Virus record (IMG/VR): IMGVR_UViG_3300012347_000211
Coordinates: 58,555-122,554 of that record
Strand: one strand, 5' to 3'
DNA: 64,000 nt
Source of the DNA: a virus
Made by a program: the position numbers and the translations under genes. Under the pieces are notes generated by a model that saw nothing but the letters and a program-made list of their open reading frames with translations, ran no database searches and was not told the DNA's origin. Shown in pieces: positions 38,945 through 49,348 of this stretch. Within the stretch, counting starts at the first letter, position 1, and every line of letters starts with the position of its first letter.

Positions 38945-40714
38945 TTAAAACTCTAAAATAACTTTGATTGTTTCTGTCTGGCCGTCGTTCTTTGCGACTG
39001 GAGATTTATTGTCTATGTATAACACTTCTCCAGACCCGACTACGAGGTCACCGGCTGTTACTGCGCCAGCAATTGCGGTCACGCCACTAGACTCACCACG
39101 AATTGTGATGTTGGCTCCTGGTGCTGCTGTACCTATGTTAACAAACTTACCACGGATATCTGTCACATTCAATACAGTACTGTTGGCTGTATAGATGTAT
39201 GCATTTGCAGGAGAACCTGATTGAATCACCTTCTCATCTTGGTCAAATGATCCTGAAGCAATGGCAAATTCGAGTTTGGATGTCTGATCAAAGTATGTTT
39301 CTTGGCCACTCACCGATGACACAACGGCGTTTGCGTTCGGCGCCGTTTGACCAACCACTGAGTAACCGCTTCTGAAATAACCGAGCACATCTGTCAAACG
39401 TAGCACCGTGGTTCCAGTAGAGACAGTAACAATGCCGGTTGCACCAGTAGTATCTTGTGTTACCACGTCGCCTTCAATGAAGTCGGCCGTAGCGTCCAAC
39501 GTCAATTGTACGTCAGCAAATAATGGGCTCCTGAGGACACCAACTGTTCTGAAGTCGTTGACGTCTCTAACCTTGCCACCAGAATCAACTGAGCTGAATT
39601 TGGTGGAGATGCAGATGGAATTGCTTCCCAGCTCAATAGCTGGGTTGCTTCCGTGACCAGTATATGGCCCAACGATAGGGCGGATGGTGGCCGTGTTAGA
39701 TAGACCACCCGTATTACCGACCACAGTTGCTGTGGCCCAAGTATACGATTCGCCGTGCGTGGTGATTTCAATAGACGATATTGTGTTGCCCGCTGCTGCA
39801 TTCACTAAAGCACGCCCCGTGAATCCACTTCCGTCACCGACAAGAACTACAGCTGGTGTAATTTCATACCTCGATGATGTATTTGGTGTCAAGTCGAATG
39901 CAGAATCGATCTTAATGCGACGTGCTGCGCCGACTGCATAATAAGTATCAATCGTCCTGATCTGTCCTTGGCCTTTGCCTTCAACAATCTTAACGGCACA
40001 ACCGTCGTAGTAGTGTGCGTTAGATGATGCTGTAGTTTCAATTGCAAATAACAGTGGATCGTTATCTACTGAGATTGCTTGGATCAGACCGCTGTTGTAT
40101 GATCCATAATCCGATCCACCCTTTGTTAGCGCAATGTAGTCGATACTACCAGACACAGAGTTGCCAGACACATCAGCGTTAGGTACTACAGGAATCGTGC
40201 CAACTGTATGGAACTTATTGTACTCTACTTGGCTGACGCTAAACATATACTTCCAAATGTAACCATCTGGGCGTGTTTCATATCCTGCAAATTCCGCTGC
40301 CGATGTTGCAGTGAGGCTAGGTGCCACGGTCGAGATGGCACGGCCGTTATTACCAATGCACAAGAATACGTCTCTTGCAGTGCCACGCTTAACGACTACG
40401 TAGAATTCCTTGTTGAACAAATCAGCATCGGTGTCGTCGTAAAAATCATACACCTTTCCAGAAGTCCATTCGATATCACGAATCAGATATGCAATGTCGT
40501 TACCAGTAACATGCTTACCGCAGATCATATTGCGGTACTGATCATATAACGAACCTGTCAGGCTGAGGTTGACGTCTGGTGGTACCGCATCCCCTGCTTG
40601 GTATGGCAAGTGACGTGCGAGGTACACAAAGTGAGGGGAGGTATTGCTAGCAACCGATTGCTTGAATAATTCCGCTTGTCTTACTCGCAGGTTATTGGTA
40701 ATTTGTTTTGGCAT
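38945..40714 (-). CDS. gp8: Baseplate wedge subunit
   Basis: WTSGKVYDFYDD, FYVV...VFLCIGNN, DGYIWKYMF, GHGSNPAIELG, NDFRTVG, SGEVLYIDN...QTETIKVILEF. Confidence 0.9.
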   Translation of the reverse strand: MPKQITNNLRVRQAELFKQSVASNTSPHFVYLARHLPYQAGDAVPPDVNLSLTGSLYDQYRNMICGKHVTGNDIAYLIRDIEWTSGKVYDFYDDTDADLFNKEFYVVVKRGTARDVFLCIGNNGRAISTVAPSLTATSAAEFAGYETRPDGYIWKYMFSVSQVEYNKFHTVGTIPVVPNADVSGNSVSGSIDYIALTKGGSDYGSYNSGLIQAISVDNDPLLFAIETTASSNAHYYDGCAVKIVEGKGQGQIRTIDTYYAVGAARRIKIDSAFDLTPNTSSRYEITPAVVLVGDGSGFTGRALVNAAAGNTISSIEITTHGESYTWATATVVGNTGGLSNTATIRPIVGPYTGHGSNPAIELGSNSICISTKFSSVDSGGKVRDVNDFRTVGVLRSPLFADVQLTLDATADFIEGDVVTQDTTGATGIVTVSTGTTVLRLTDVLGYFRSGYSVVGQTAPNANAVVSSVSGQETYFDQTSKLEFAIASGSFDQDEKVIQSGSPANAYIYTANSTVLNVTDIRGKFVNIGTAAPGANITIRGESSGVTAIAGAVTAGDLVVGSGEVLYIDNKSPVAKNDGQTETIKVILEF

Positions 40715-40720
40715 AATCGT

Positions 40721-43700
40721 TTATAGGGAAGCATCCACGGACACAATATTAGCTGTGTAGGTAATCGATCCGTTTGCGTTTGTTTGTGATATTGTAAGAC
40801 CTGGCACAATTGAGATGTACGGTGTAACGCTGTTGTTGACGACGTTAGTGATCTTTAGTGTATTTAGGCTACTGTCTTGCAAGGTGTGTCCAGTCTGGTT
40901 TGCACCTGCAGTCAACGAAACACGTGGGCCACCGATTGTATTTGCGAGAGCTACCACAGTAGTATTAGCAAATTCCACATAGTATGTTGTGTTGCTCGTT
41001 AGACCACCGATAGCTGTGTTGCCAACAGCAACCTTGTATGTGAGTGGTTCACCAATCGTCACAGTAGCACCAAGCGATGTCTTGATATAGCTGTTGTTGC
41101 CGGACTGCACCAAGTAGTGTCCGTTACCTTCACCGACAGATGTCAATGCTACACGGCTTCCACCTTGGGTGGATGTAAGAGCAATGTGTGTCGCGTTGGC
41201 AAACTGAACGAAGTAGCCTGTGTTATTGGACAATCCCGTAACTGCAGTGTTACCAACATCGGTGATGTAAGTTACCGCATCACCAGTGCTAAACGCGGAA
41301 GCATTAGCAGTAGCAATTGTATTACGATCTCCATAAGACGAGAATGTGTGACCACGCTCTGTCTTACCTCTAGCGAGTGGCAAGCGGATACCAACAAATT
41401 GCGCAGAAGTTACAGCAGTGTTGGCTGGCGTGACGTTGGTCGAAAATACGTTGGAGCTCGAAACGAAACGTCCAACAGCAGATGCCGCATTGATTGTCAG
41501 GTATCCAGTATTGACGTCGATCACTGTACCAACAGCACTGTTTGCAGAACCTTCTTTTCTCTGATACACAACATCATTGACGTTGAAACCAGTAGAGGAT
41601 GCTACTTGAAGGACGATGTCCATGTTATTAGCAACAGCAAAGAGAGTGTTATTTGCAAATTGGACGTAGTATGTTTCGTCTGGTGTAAGGCCAATCATCG
41701 CAGTGTTACCACTACGGACCGTGTACAATACCTTATCACCAACTTCGAATTGTGTCGAAGGCGCGATGAACGTACTGCTTCTTCCAGACGAACTCAACAC
41801 ATGACCAGGGCTATTTGCGCCAGATTGTGTCAGCGTAATACGAGTACCACCAGCAGTATTAGCTAGAGCAATAGCGGTTGAGTTTGCAAACTGGACAAAG
41901 TATGATGTATTGGCATCCAGGCCACCGATCGCATTCACATCGAATGACGGTGGGTAGTATACTACCTCATCGCCAGCAGACATGGATCTTGCCAACGGTG
42001 TCAGGATAACGCTACGGCTTCCGATAGCTGTAAATGTGTGGCCAGTCTCAGATGAGCCGCTCGTCAAATTGATACGATCGCCATCGACTGTGTTGGCCAA
42101 TGTGATTACGCTGTTGTTGACAAACTGAACGTAGTACTCGCCGTTTGCTCTTAGTCCGCCAATCGAAGTGTTGCCAGCATCGACTGTGTATAGCACTTTA
42201 TCGCCAACAGCAAAAGAGTTGGCAGATGCTAGAGTGATGTAGTTGGTGTTACCATCTTGCAAAGAGACTACATGAGCATTACCAGGAGTCAGCGATTGAG
42301 CTACTGACAAACGTACACCAGTTGGTGTTGCAGCAAGTGCAATAGATGTAGCGTTAGCGAATTGGACGTAGTATGAAGTACCGTTAGCCAATCCAGATGC
42401 TGGTGCGAATCCAGCATTGACATTATATTTAACTAGGTCACCAACATTAAATCCTGAACCAGCCGCAGTAGCGATTATACTCTTGTCGCCGACCTGGGTC
42501 AACAGGTGCCCTTGTTGAGTTGAACCTTTTGTTAGAGTAGTACGACGACCGCCACCAACTGACGCGTCGCCCAAATTCAAGCTTAGGTGTGTGTTGTTGG
42601 CAAACTGAACTGTGTATACCGATCCACGGTTAACTGCAGCCACAGATGTGTTTGTGGTTGAGTTGGCGAATACGTTTGCGCTAGTAACAAATGTGCCTTG
42701 TAGTGTGGAACCAGCCAGAAGGACGGTGGTAGCACCAACGGCAGCTACAGTAGCAACGCCAGTGTTTGCAGATCCGCCAGCGCGTTGCCATACAGGGTTA
42801 CCGACAACGAATCCTACATTAGAACCAACCGACAGGGACACGGCGTTGATAATCAAATCAGGAATTGGCGTGGTACCAGCGGCCACATCATATACCACTT
42901 GATCACCAACAGTAAACTTGTTTGCATCAGCGGTGGCGATAGTAGACTTGAGATCTTCACCAGTGATTGAGTGTCCGTTGGATGTAGTTGCACCACGGAC
43001 CAGACCGATACGACCACGAGACACAGCAGTCAACTGATGTCCCAATTCACCAACACCAGATGCGGTGATGATGCGTGTACCACCATTAGTAGCTGACAAT
43101 GACACAGTAGTTGTGTTTGCTGATTCGATGTAATACGTTTCGCCAGACACGAGGTTTGCAAGTGCTGTATTTCCGCCAGCGACTGTGTAGTATACTGCGT
43201 CGCCCACATCAAATAGTGAGTTGGCGTTGGCAATAGTAATGGTGCTATTTGCTCCACCACCAGAACCGCCTGTCACAGATGTAGATGCATTGAAGTACAC
43301 GTTGGTGCCGACTTTACCAGTAAGCATTTGTGTAGCCAATGAGATTCGGTCAGTGTCAATTGTAGAGTGTACATAGTAGATTTGGTTGTTAACCAATCCG
43401 CCGATCGCGGTGTTGCCAGCGTCGCTGATGTAGCGCACACGTTCACCTGGATTGAACAGGTACGCGTTTGCTGTTTGGACGGTGCTGATGCCAGACAGAT
43501 AATGTCCAGTCTCAGTGTTGCCCTTATTAGACAACAACAGACGTGGTCCGCCACGAGTAGCGGACAGAGATACGGCTGTCGAGTTCGCAGTGTCGATGTA
43601 GTAAATTGCAGTGGTATTCAAATCCACTAGCGTTGTGTTGCTAATCGATGCAGAGTATTGCACAGGATCGCCTGGCTGGAATCCGGCAGCACCTGATGTA

Positions 43701-46700
43701 ACGATTGTGCTGTTGGCGCCAGTCATAAAGCGAATGACGTGTCCTGATTCTGTCTTACCCTTGGTGAGAGGGATACGTGCAGCTCCTGTCATGTCGACAG
43801 ACGACAACGCAACGTTTGCTGCAGAGTTGATAATCAGGTTGGCCGTGGTTGTGAACATACCAGACAACCCTCTTGTGGTGACTGTAATGGTATTTCCGTT
43901 GACTTGCGATACAGTACCGACAGCCGTATTAGTGTTGTTGCCAGTAGCGCCTGCACGTTGATACACAACGCTACCGTTGGTGATTGCTGTACCGAACGCG
44001 GTTGTCAATGTTACAGTGTTACTGGACGACAGAGCAAATGCAGTGGTATTAGCAAACTGAATGTAGTAAACAGTATTCTTAGTCATTCCACCAACAGCAG
44101 TGTTACCAGAATTGACGCTGTAGAACAACGGATCGCCTACAGCAAATAATGTATTAGCATTCGTTTTGGTAATAGTGCCCAAGCGCGTTGTCGCTAGGGT
44201 ATACTGCTGTGTGAAGCTGTATGATACCGATGCGCTATTGGTGAATGGTTGAACCGGTGCAATCAGAGCAACACGACCGCCGCCGTAGTTGTTTGCAAGA
44301 GCGAACACCGTCGAGTTAGCAAACTGGACATAATACGTTGATTGTGCTAGTTGTGTGTTGATCAGGGTAGGAATGCCTTTGACAGCAGACGTTGTTATCT
44401 TGATCGCTTGTCCTTCAGACAAGTATGTGTTGGCATCAGCGAGCTTGAATACGCTGTTTGCGCCAGTGACGCTCATGCCAGTCAACCCATAGAAATGAGC
44501 AGTTCTTGCAGATTTGAGATTATTAAAGGCGACCGGCGATGACCTGAAAATGCTGGACATTGGATCAGGCAGCGTCGATGGAGTAACCGATACGCGGTTA
44601 TTGAACGAGCGAATAGCAACGTTCGATCCGACTGTTCCGATCATTAGGTTGCTTCCAGGGATCAGAGAACCAAATGCTGTCTGATAGCTGTTAGCGAATT
44701 CGCCTTCGATGGTTGATGCGTCTACTATTACAGTCTTATTGCTTGTATTCGCATCGTTAACATAGAGAACCGTTCCTTTAGCTGTGTTTGCTGCGGATAG
44801 TCTGTCGGCACGTTGGAATACAGTTGCGCCGTTAGCAATCGACAACGACGAGTTGCCAATTTCAAATATGTAAGGCATCCTTGTAGCAGACATTGTAGTG
44901 CTAACAGTTGAGCTTACCACGACATTTGCAGTAGTAATAAAGTTTGCGTACGTCGCGCCCACGATGCCGAACAATGCTGCGTATGATTGGAACGCTTGCT
45001 GTTCTGCAGCTGTATATTCGATCGTGACGACGTCGTTGAACACACTTGCAACTCTACCAATTGCAGTGACGTTGTTTAGTGTGATTGCAGTTGAAGGAGG
45101 GATTGTGTTTGGTGCGATTACGTTCTTACGGTCCGCGGACAAGTACATTGTGACGCCAGCACCTGGCAGTGTGTCGCCGTTCATTTGATACACATAGTTG
45201 CCAACAACGAATCCTGTGTTGGATCCTACTACGATTTCAAACTTATTTGTGAACGCGAGATGGGTAGCATTAGCAGATTGAACTTTGTATGAATATCCAT
45301 TCACCAGACCCGCGATAGGGTATTTGTCTGTGTTTACATACAGCGCCACATCACCCGCCACAAGCGATTGCGATGCCAATGGAGCGACATTTACAGACAG
45401 CTTATTGTTTGTGCTATCTACGCCACCAGCAGTAGATGAAGTGTAGTGCCAAGGAGTAGTAGTACACTGAGACGTTCCGGTCATCGTAGTCGACACAGCG
45501 TTTGCTGCAATATCGATAGTCAGGATAGATCCAGTGACGTCTGTATTGGAGTTGAATGTGGTGTTGGTAGACAGACGGACGCCAGTATTGGCATTGAAGT
45601 TCAATACGGTCGCTGGGGTCACGCCAGCATTGGCTGTGAAGTATTCCACAGTACCGGACGTGATTTGATTTGGATCGAATGATGCAGTGAAGCCTGGAGT
45701 GATATCCGATACGCCATCGAATGTGAATGCCACGCCGTTAGCCACGTCTGCCTGAGCATCGAATGTGTCGACCACACCGGAGACCACGTTGCTGGATCCA
45801 TCAAACGTGAGATTGATACCCTCGATCACATCGGTGTTTGCGTTGAATGTATATGCGCTACCTGTAGTAACGGATGTTCCACCATCAAACGTAGCCGCTT
45901 GCCCACCCACAACATTGGTGCTAGCATTAAACGATACCGATACAGGAGATGTAATCTCGATCAGTGTTCCTGTGATGGTTCCAGATGTGTTTGGTGTATC
46001 TTGAATCACTACAGTGTTGCCGCCCACAGTGAAGTTGGCTACATTGGACACCTCAACAGTAAAGAATGCGTTGGATTCTGGGGCCGTGGCCTGGCTGTTT
46101 GCTACGCTTTGGCTAACAACAGCACCGAACATACGAGTGCCTGCGACGTGAACGCTTTCCTTGACTTTTGCTTCGTAAATGTCTTTAGACAACGAAGATT
46201 GGATTTCGTATGAGTACTCTTGGTAGTAATCGCTGTCCTGCAACTTCTTTTCGCTGCTAACAAATCCGTCAATTGTGTTCCAACGTCCTTCGCCCACGCC
46301 TTGGTTGAGCAATTCAACTTGTGCAGTAGCGACGTATGGGTTGCCTTCAGCGCTCAGTGTTACGATTTCGCCGTGTTGGTATGCCACGCCAGAATCAAGA
46401 ACGGATACGGTGGTGACAGTTCCACGGGCATTACCGGCGTCTGTGCTCACAATAGAGTTGTTGCCCATCACTGGAGAGTTGTCTAGTTCTTGAGCCGACA
46501 CGACGTTTGCAGTGGCGGTAGATGTAACGCCAGTAATGGTACGGCCAGCAACGAATCCTGTACCGAAGAACTTTCGGCGAACTCTAATACCATCTGTGCC
46601 CGACGATACAATGATGCCGCGCATCAGCGAGTCAAATGTCGCGTTAGCGGAGCTGTTGACGTTGCTGGTAACTACACCAGACGTCAATCCAACCACACCA

Positions 46701-49348
46701 TTGCTTGTATCAAACGTTGCGCCAACCACCGCGAGGCCATATTGACCGTTAGTAGCATGGACGGAACCAACTGATACAGTGTATGGGGATAGTGTTACGT
46801 CCTGGGTCAACACAGTACCGTATACCCACACACCATCGCTACGCTCTTGCACAACACCTTCGCCTGCAGCAAACGATGTGTTGCCTGTGAATGTGTCGAA
46901 CTCTACGTTGCTGAATGTGATCGTGTAGTCTTGTGTAATTTCCTCGCCCACAACAAATGATCCAACTGTATCAGTAGGAACAATCAGCTCTTCGCGGATG
47001 TCAGCACCAGCAATAGCTTTTTCGATGATAAGCACCACTGGATCAACTGTGTTCAAGTTACCTGGGTTGATGTTAGCGATGGACGCAATGCTGCCAATCA
47101 ATGTGTTGGTATAAGAGAGCGCGTCGATGATCAAGCTGCTGCTATTAGCAGCCACGTTGCCAGAGAATCCAAATCCAAACTGAACAACTGGGATCAATGA
47201 TGCGCCAGTTCCACCAGTCGGTGTAGCGAACGGCACACTACTGTAGCCGCTACCTGAGTTGTTGACTACTGCATTGGTGATCGTGCCGGATCCATTTGTA
47301 GTGATGGTAATTGTACCATCAGTAGTTGGGTTGCCACCAGTGAGTGTGATGTTGCCGTTTGTGTATCCTGAACCACCGGCCACGATAGAAACAGACGTAA
47401 CGATACCTGCGTCAGCAGTCACGCCCGGTATGGTCAGAGCAGTCAGCGTGGATGTGCCAGGCGTTACGTTAGCTGAATAAATCAATTCGCCTTGTACCAG
47501 TGCGCCTTGCAGTGTAGTGAAGGCTACAGTGGCATTTGCACCAGTGATGCTAACGATTGTTCCTACTGCCGTGTTTGTTGAACCGCCGACGCGTTGATAA
47601 ACCTTATCATCGACGTTGAAGTTCGTGTTGGAGCTCAGAGTGATTTCAACATCGTGGTTGCGGATCCAAAGATCTGTGAACGGGATTCCGTTGTAGTTGT
47701 TTCCACTCAATTCGTCTGTGTTGATGTACACATATTCAGAATCGACGATGTTGCCAACTTGGAAGCCGCCAGGTTCGCCCGAGCTTACTGTAGATACGTT
47801 TGCGTATGCATTAGACACGACGCCGATCACATGAGCAGCCTCATTAGGCTTGAATGGATAGCTTGGAGAAACTGCATACAGCCCAGCATATGCTGTGTTT
47901 CCGCCGATGTACAATCCAGATGCTGTGCGGTCTTGTTTAGCGCCAGTAGAGGTTGCCAATACTACACTGAGGCTAGATAGAGCGTTCGTTGTGTTGGCCA
48001 TCCAGTAGTCTGTGATTGACAGGTTAGCTGCTGGCTCATCGTATGTGGCGACACTAACTACGTTTGCGGTAGTTGCACGACTTGTTGTATATACAGTTGC
48101 GTTCGATACGAACTCACCGAATCTGCGGTCGATGAAAATGTGTGTTGTATTTGCACCCACAACTTCACCCACGGCTGTATTGGACCCGATGGTGTTCTGA
48201 TATACCAAGTCACCAGGACTGTATGTGCCTGTTGTTGTGTCTCCAGCAACAACTGTATCCAATTGGATCAAGTCTGTTGTGTGATCAGATAGCAATAGCC
48301 ATCCAGATGCACCTGCCTGTCCGTATTCAACTATCACGCCCGTAGATACGATTGTATTTGCGACGTCGACACCGATGACATACGATCCAGGAATGAAGCT
48401 GGATGTAGCAGAAGCGAATCCTACGTTACTCAGTGGCTGACGAATCTCTTCAAGTTGGTTGAATCCTTCTGAAGGAACGAAACGGTTCCATGGACGCAGG
48501 TTAGTGATTCCGAGAACCTTCTCAGACACGTAGATCGAAGGTGTTAGACTGTAGCCATATCCACCATCTACGAGGTCGTAGCTAACTTGACCGGATTGGT
48601 TTTGAATGGATGTTACACGAGCCTTGCCGCCATGACCAGACTCAGAAGAGATGACATCGAGCACTTCGCCGACGTTATATTCTCTGCCTTTAGACTTGAT
48701 GATCAGGTTGGTGACGGATCCAATGATACGAGGAGCATCTTCAAAGGTACCATCGTTCGTGATAACTTCGCCATATTCAAATAAGCCACGCACGCTGGAT
48801 AGTTGGATCATGTCGAATACAACAGATCCTAACTTGCGGCGGGATACAGATTCAACAATAGCACTAGCACCAGACTGGCTACCTGTGATTTGTTTACCAA
48901 CTAACGTCTCAGCTTTGGACGTGACCGTAACTTCCAAATATTTTGGAACTTGGTAAATGGCAGATGAAGGTTTGAATACATCGTCGCCGGGCCAATACAC
49001 CTCGGCTTCTTCGCCGTATACTAGCTTAAACAGCAACTTGATCGCACGCACAGATCCCTTTGATCTGTATATGTCGAGGCTGTGCTTAACAAGGGTTCGT
49101 TTGTCTGTCTCGTTAAGTAGAGCGAATCCAGGAAGAAACTTTTCCTTGTAGCTTGGCAGGAACTCTTCCGGTGTAAGATCGATGTCAAAGTACTCAGGAA
49201 TCTTGCGACTGTGGTACAGAGCGTTACCAGTGGACTCGAGCCACTCATAGTATGTCTTTACGAAACTAACTAAGAATTGTCCCTCTTCGCGATATACAGC
49301 AGGAAACTGTTGTTCGACTAGAGGAGCAATTTTACCCTTTGAAATCAT
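40721..49348 (-). CDS. gp7: Giant baseplate wedge initiator with long repetitive C-terminal appendage
   Basis: N-terminal LVEQQFPAVYREEG..LVSFVKTYYEWLE, YRSKGS...LFKLVYGEE; KLQDSDYYQEYSYEI...VHVAGTRMFG motif, followed by ~1790 aa of repeats; lies between gp6 and gp8. Confidence 0.88.
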   Translation of the reverse strand: MISKGKIAPLVEQQFPAVYREEGQFLVSFVKTYYEWLESTGNALYHSRKIPEYFDIDLTPEEFLPSYKEKFLPGFALLNETDKRTLVKHSLDIYRSKGSVRAIKLLFKLVYGEEAEVYWPGDDVFKPSSAIYQVPKYLEVTVTSKAETLVGKQITGSQSGASAIVESVSRRKLGSVVFDMIQLSSVRGLFEYGEVITNDGTFEDAPRIIGSVTNLIIKSKGREYNVGEVLDVISSESGHGGKARVTSIQNQSGQVSYDLVDGGYGYSLTPSIYVSEKVLGITNLRPWNRFVPSEGFNQLEEIRQPLSNVGFASATSSFIPGSYVIGVDVANTIVSTGVIVEYGQAGASGWLLLSDHTTDLIQLDTVVAGDTTTGTYSPGDLVYQNTIGSNTAVGEVVGANTTHIFIDRRFGEFVSNATVYTTSRATTANVVSVATYDEPAANLSITDYWMANTTNALSSLSVVLATSTGAKQDRTASGLYIGGNTAYAGLYAVSPSYPFKPNEAAHVIGVVSNAYANVSTVSSGEPGGFQVGNIVDSEYVYINTDELSGNNYNGIPFTDLWIRNHDVEITLSSNTNFNVDDKVYQRVGGSTNTAVGTIVSITGANATVAFTTLQGALVQGELIYSANVTPGTSTLTALTIPGVTADAGIVTSVSIVAGGSGYTNGNITLTGGNPTTDGTITITTNGSGTITNAVVNNSGSGYSSVPFATPTGGTGASLIPVVQFGFGFSGNVAANSSSLIIDALSYTNTLIGSIASIANINPGNLNTVDPVVLIIEKAIAGADIREELIVPTDTVGSFVVGEEITQDYTITFSNVEFDTFTGNTSFAAGEGVVQERSDGVWVYGTVLTQDVTLSPYTVSVGSVHATNGQYGLAVVGATFDTSNGVVGLTSGVVTSNVNSSANATFDSLMRGIIVSSGTDGIRVRRKFFGTGFVAGRTITGVTSTATANVVSAQELDNSPVMGNNSIVSTDAGNARGTVTTVSVLDSGVAYQHGEIVTLSAEGNPYVATAQVELLNQGVGEGRWNTIDGFVSSEKKLQDSDYYQEYSYEIQSSLSKDIYEAKVKESVHVAGTRMFGAVVSQSVANSQATAPESNAFFTVEVSNVANFTVGGNTVVIQDTPNTSGTITGTLIEITSPVSVSFNASTNVVGGQAATFDGGTSVTTGSAYTFNANTDVIEGINLTFDGSSNVVSGVVDTFDAQADVANGVAFTFDGVSDITPGFTASFDPNQITSGTVEYFTANAGVTPATVLNFNANTGVRLSTNTTFNSNTDVTGSILTIDIAANAVSTTMTGTSQCTTTPWHYTSSTAGGVDSTNNKLSVNVAPLASQSLVAGDVALYVNTDKYPIAGLVNGYSYKVQSANATHLAFTNKFEIVVGSNTGFVVGNYVYQMNGDTLPGAGVTMYLSADRKNVIAPNTIPPSTAITLNNVTAIGRVASVFNDVVTIEYTAAEQQAFQSYAALFGIVGATYANFITTANVVVSSTVSTTMSATRMPYIFEIGNSSLSIANGATVFQRADRLSAANTAKGTVLYVNDANTSNKTVIVDASTIEGEFANSYQTAFGSLIPGSNLMIGTVGSNVAIRSFNNRVSVTPSTLPDPMSSIFRSSPVAFNNLKSARTAHFYGLTGMSVTGANSVFKLADANTYLSEGQAIKITTSAVKGIPTLINTQLAQSTYYVQFANSTVFALANNYGGGRVALIAPVQPFTNSASVSYSFTQQYTLATTRLGTITKTNANTLFAVGDPLFYSVNSGNTAVGGMTKNTVYYIQFANTTAFALSSSNTVTLTTAFGTAITNGSVVYQRAGATGNNTNTAVGTVSQVNGNTITVTTRGLSGMFTTTANLIINSAANVALSSVDMTGAARIPLTKGKTESGHVIRFMTGANSTIVTSGAAGFQPGDPVQYSASISNTTLVDLNTTAIYYIDTANSTAVSLSATRGGPRLLLSNKGNTETGHYLSGISTVQTANAYLFNPGERVRYISDAGNTAIGGLVNNQIYYVHSTIDTDRISLATQMLTGKVGTNVYFNASTSVTGGSGGGANSTITIANANSLFDVGDAVYYTVAGGNTALANLVSGETYYIESANTTTVSLSATNGGTRIITASGVGELGHQLTAVSRGRIGLVRGATTSNGHSITGEDLKSTIATADANKFTVGDQVVYDVAAGTTPIPDLIINAVSLSVGSNVGFVVGNPVWQRAGGSANTGVATVAAVGATTVLLAGSTLQGTFVTSANVFANSTTNTSVAAVNRGSVYTVQFANNTHLSLNLGDASVGGGRRTTLTKGSTQQGHLLTQVGDKSIIATAAGSGFNVGDLVKYNVNAGFAPASGLANGTSYYVQFANATSIALAATPTGVRLSVAQSLTPGNAHVVSLQDGNTNYITLASANSFAVGDKVLYTVDAGNTSIGGLRANGEYYVQFVNNSVITLANTVDGDRINLTSGSSETGHTFTAIGSRSVILTPLARSMSAGDEVVYYPPSFDVNAIGGLDANTSYFVQFANSTAIALANTAGGTRITLTQSGANSPGHVLSSSGRSSTFIAPSTQFEVGDKVLYTVRSGNTAMIGLTPDETYYVQFANNTLFAVANNMDIVLQVASSTGFNVNDVVYQRKEGSANSAVGTVIDVNTGYLTINAASAVGRFVSSSNVFSTNVTPANTAVTSAQFVGIRLPLARGKTERGHTFSSYGDRNTIATANASAFSTGDAVTYITDVGNTAVTGLSNNTGYFVQFANATHIALTSTQGGSRVALTSVGEGNGHYLVQSGNNSYIKTSLGATVTIGEPLTYKVAVGNTAIGGLTSNTTYYVEFANTTVVALANTIGGPRVSLTAGANQTGHTLQDSSLNTLKITNVVNNSVTPYISIVPGLTISQTNANGSITYTANIVSVDASL

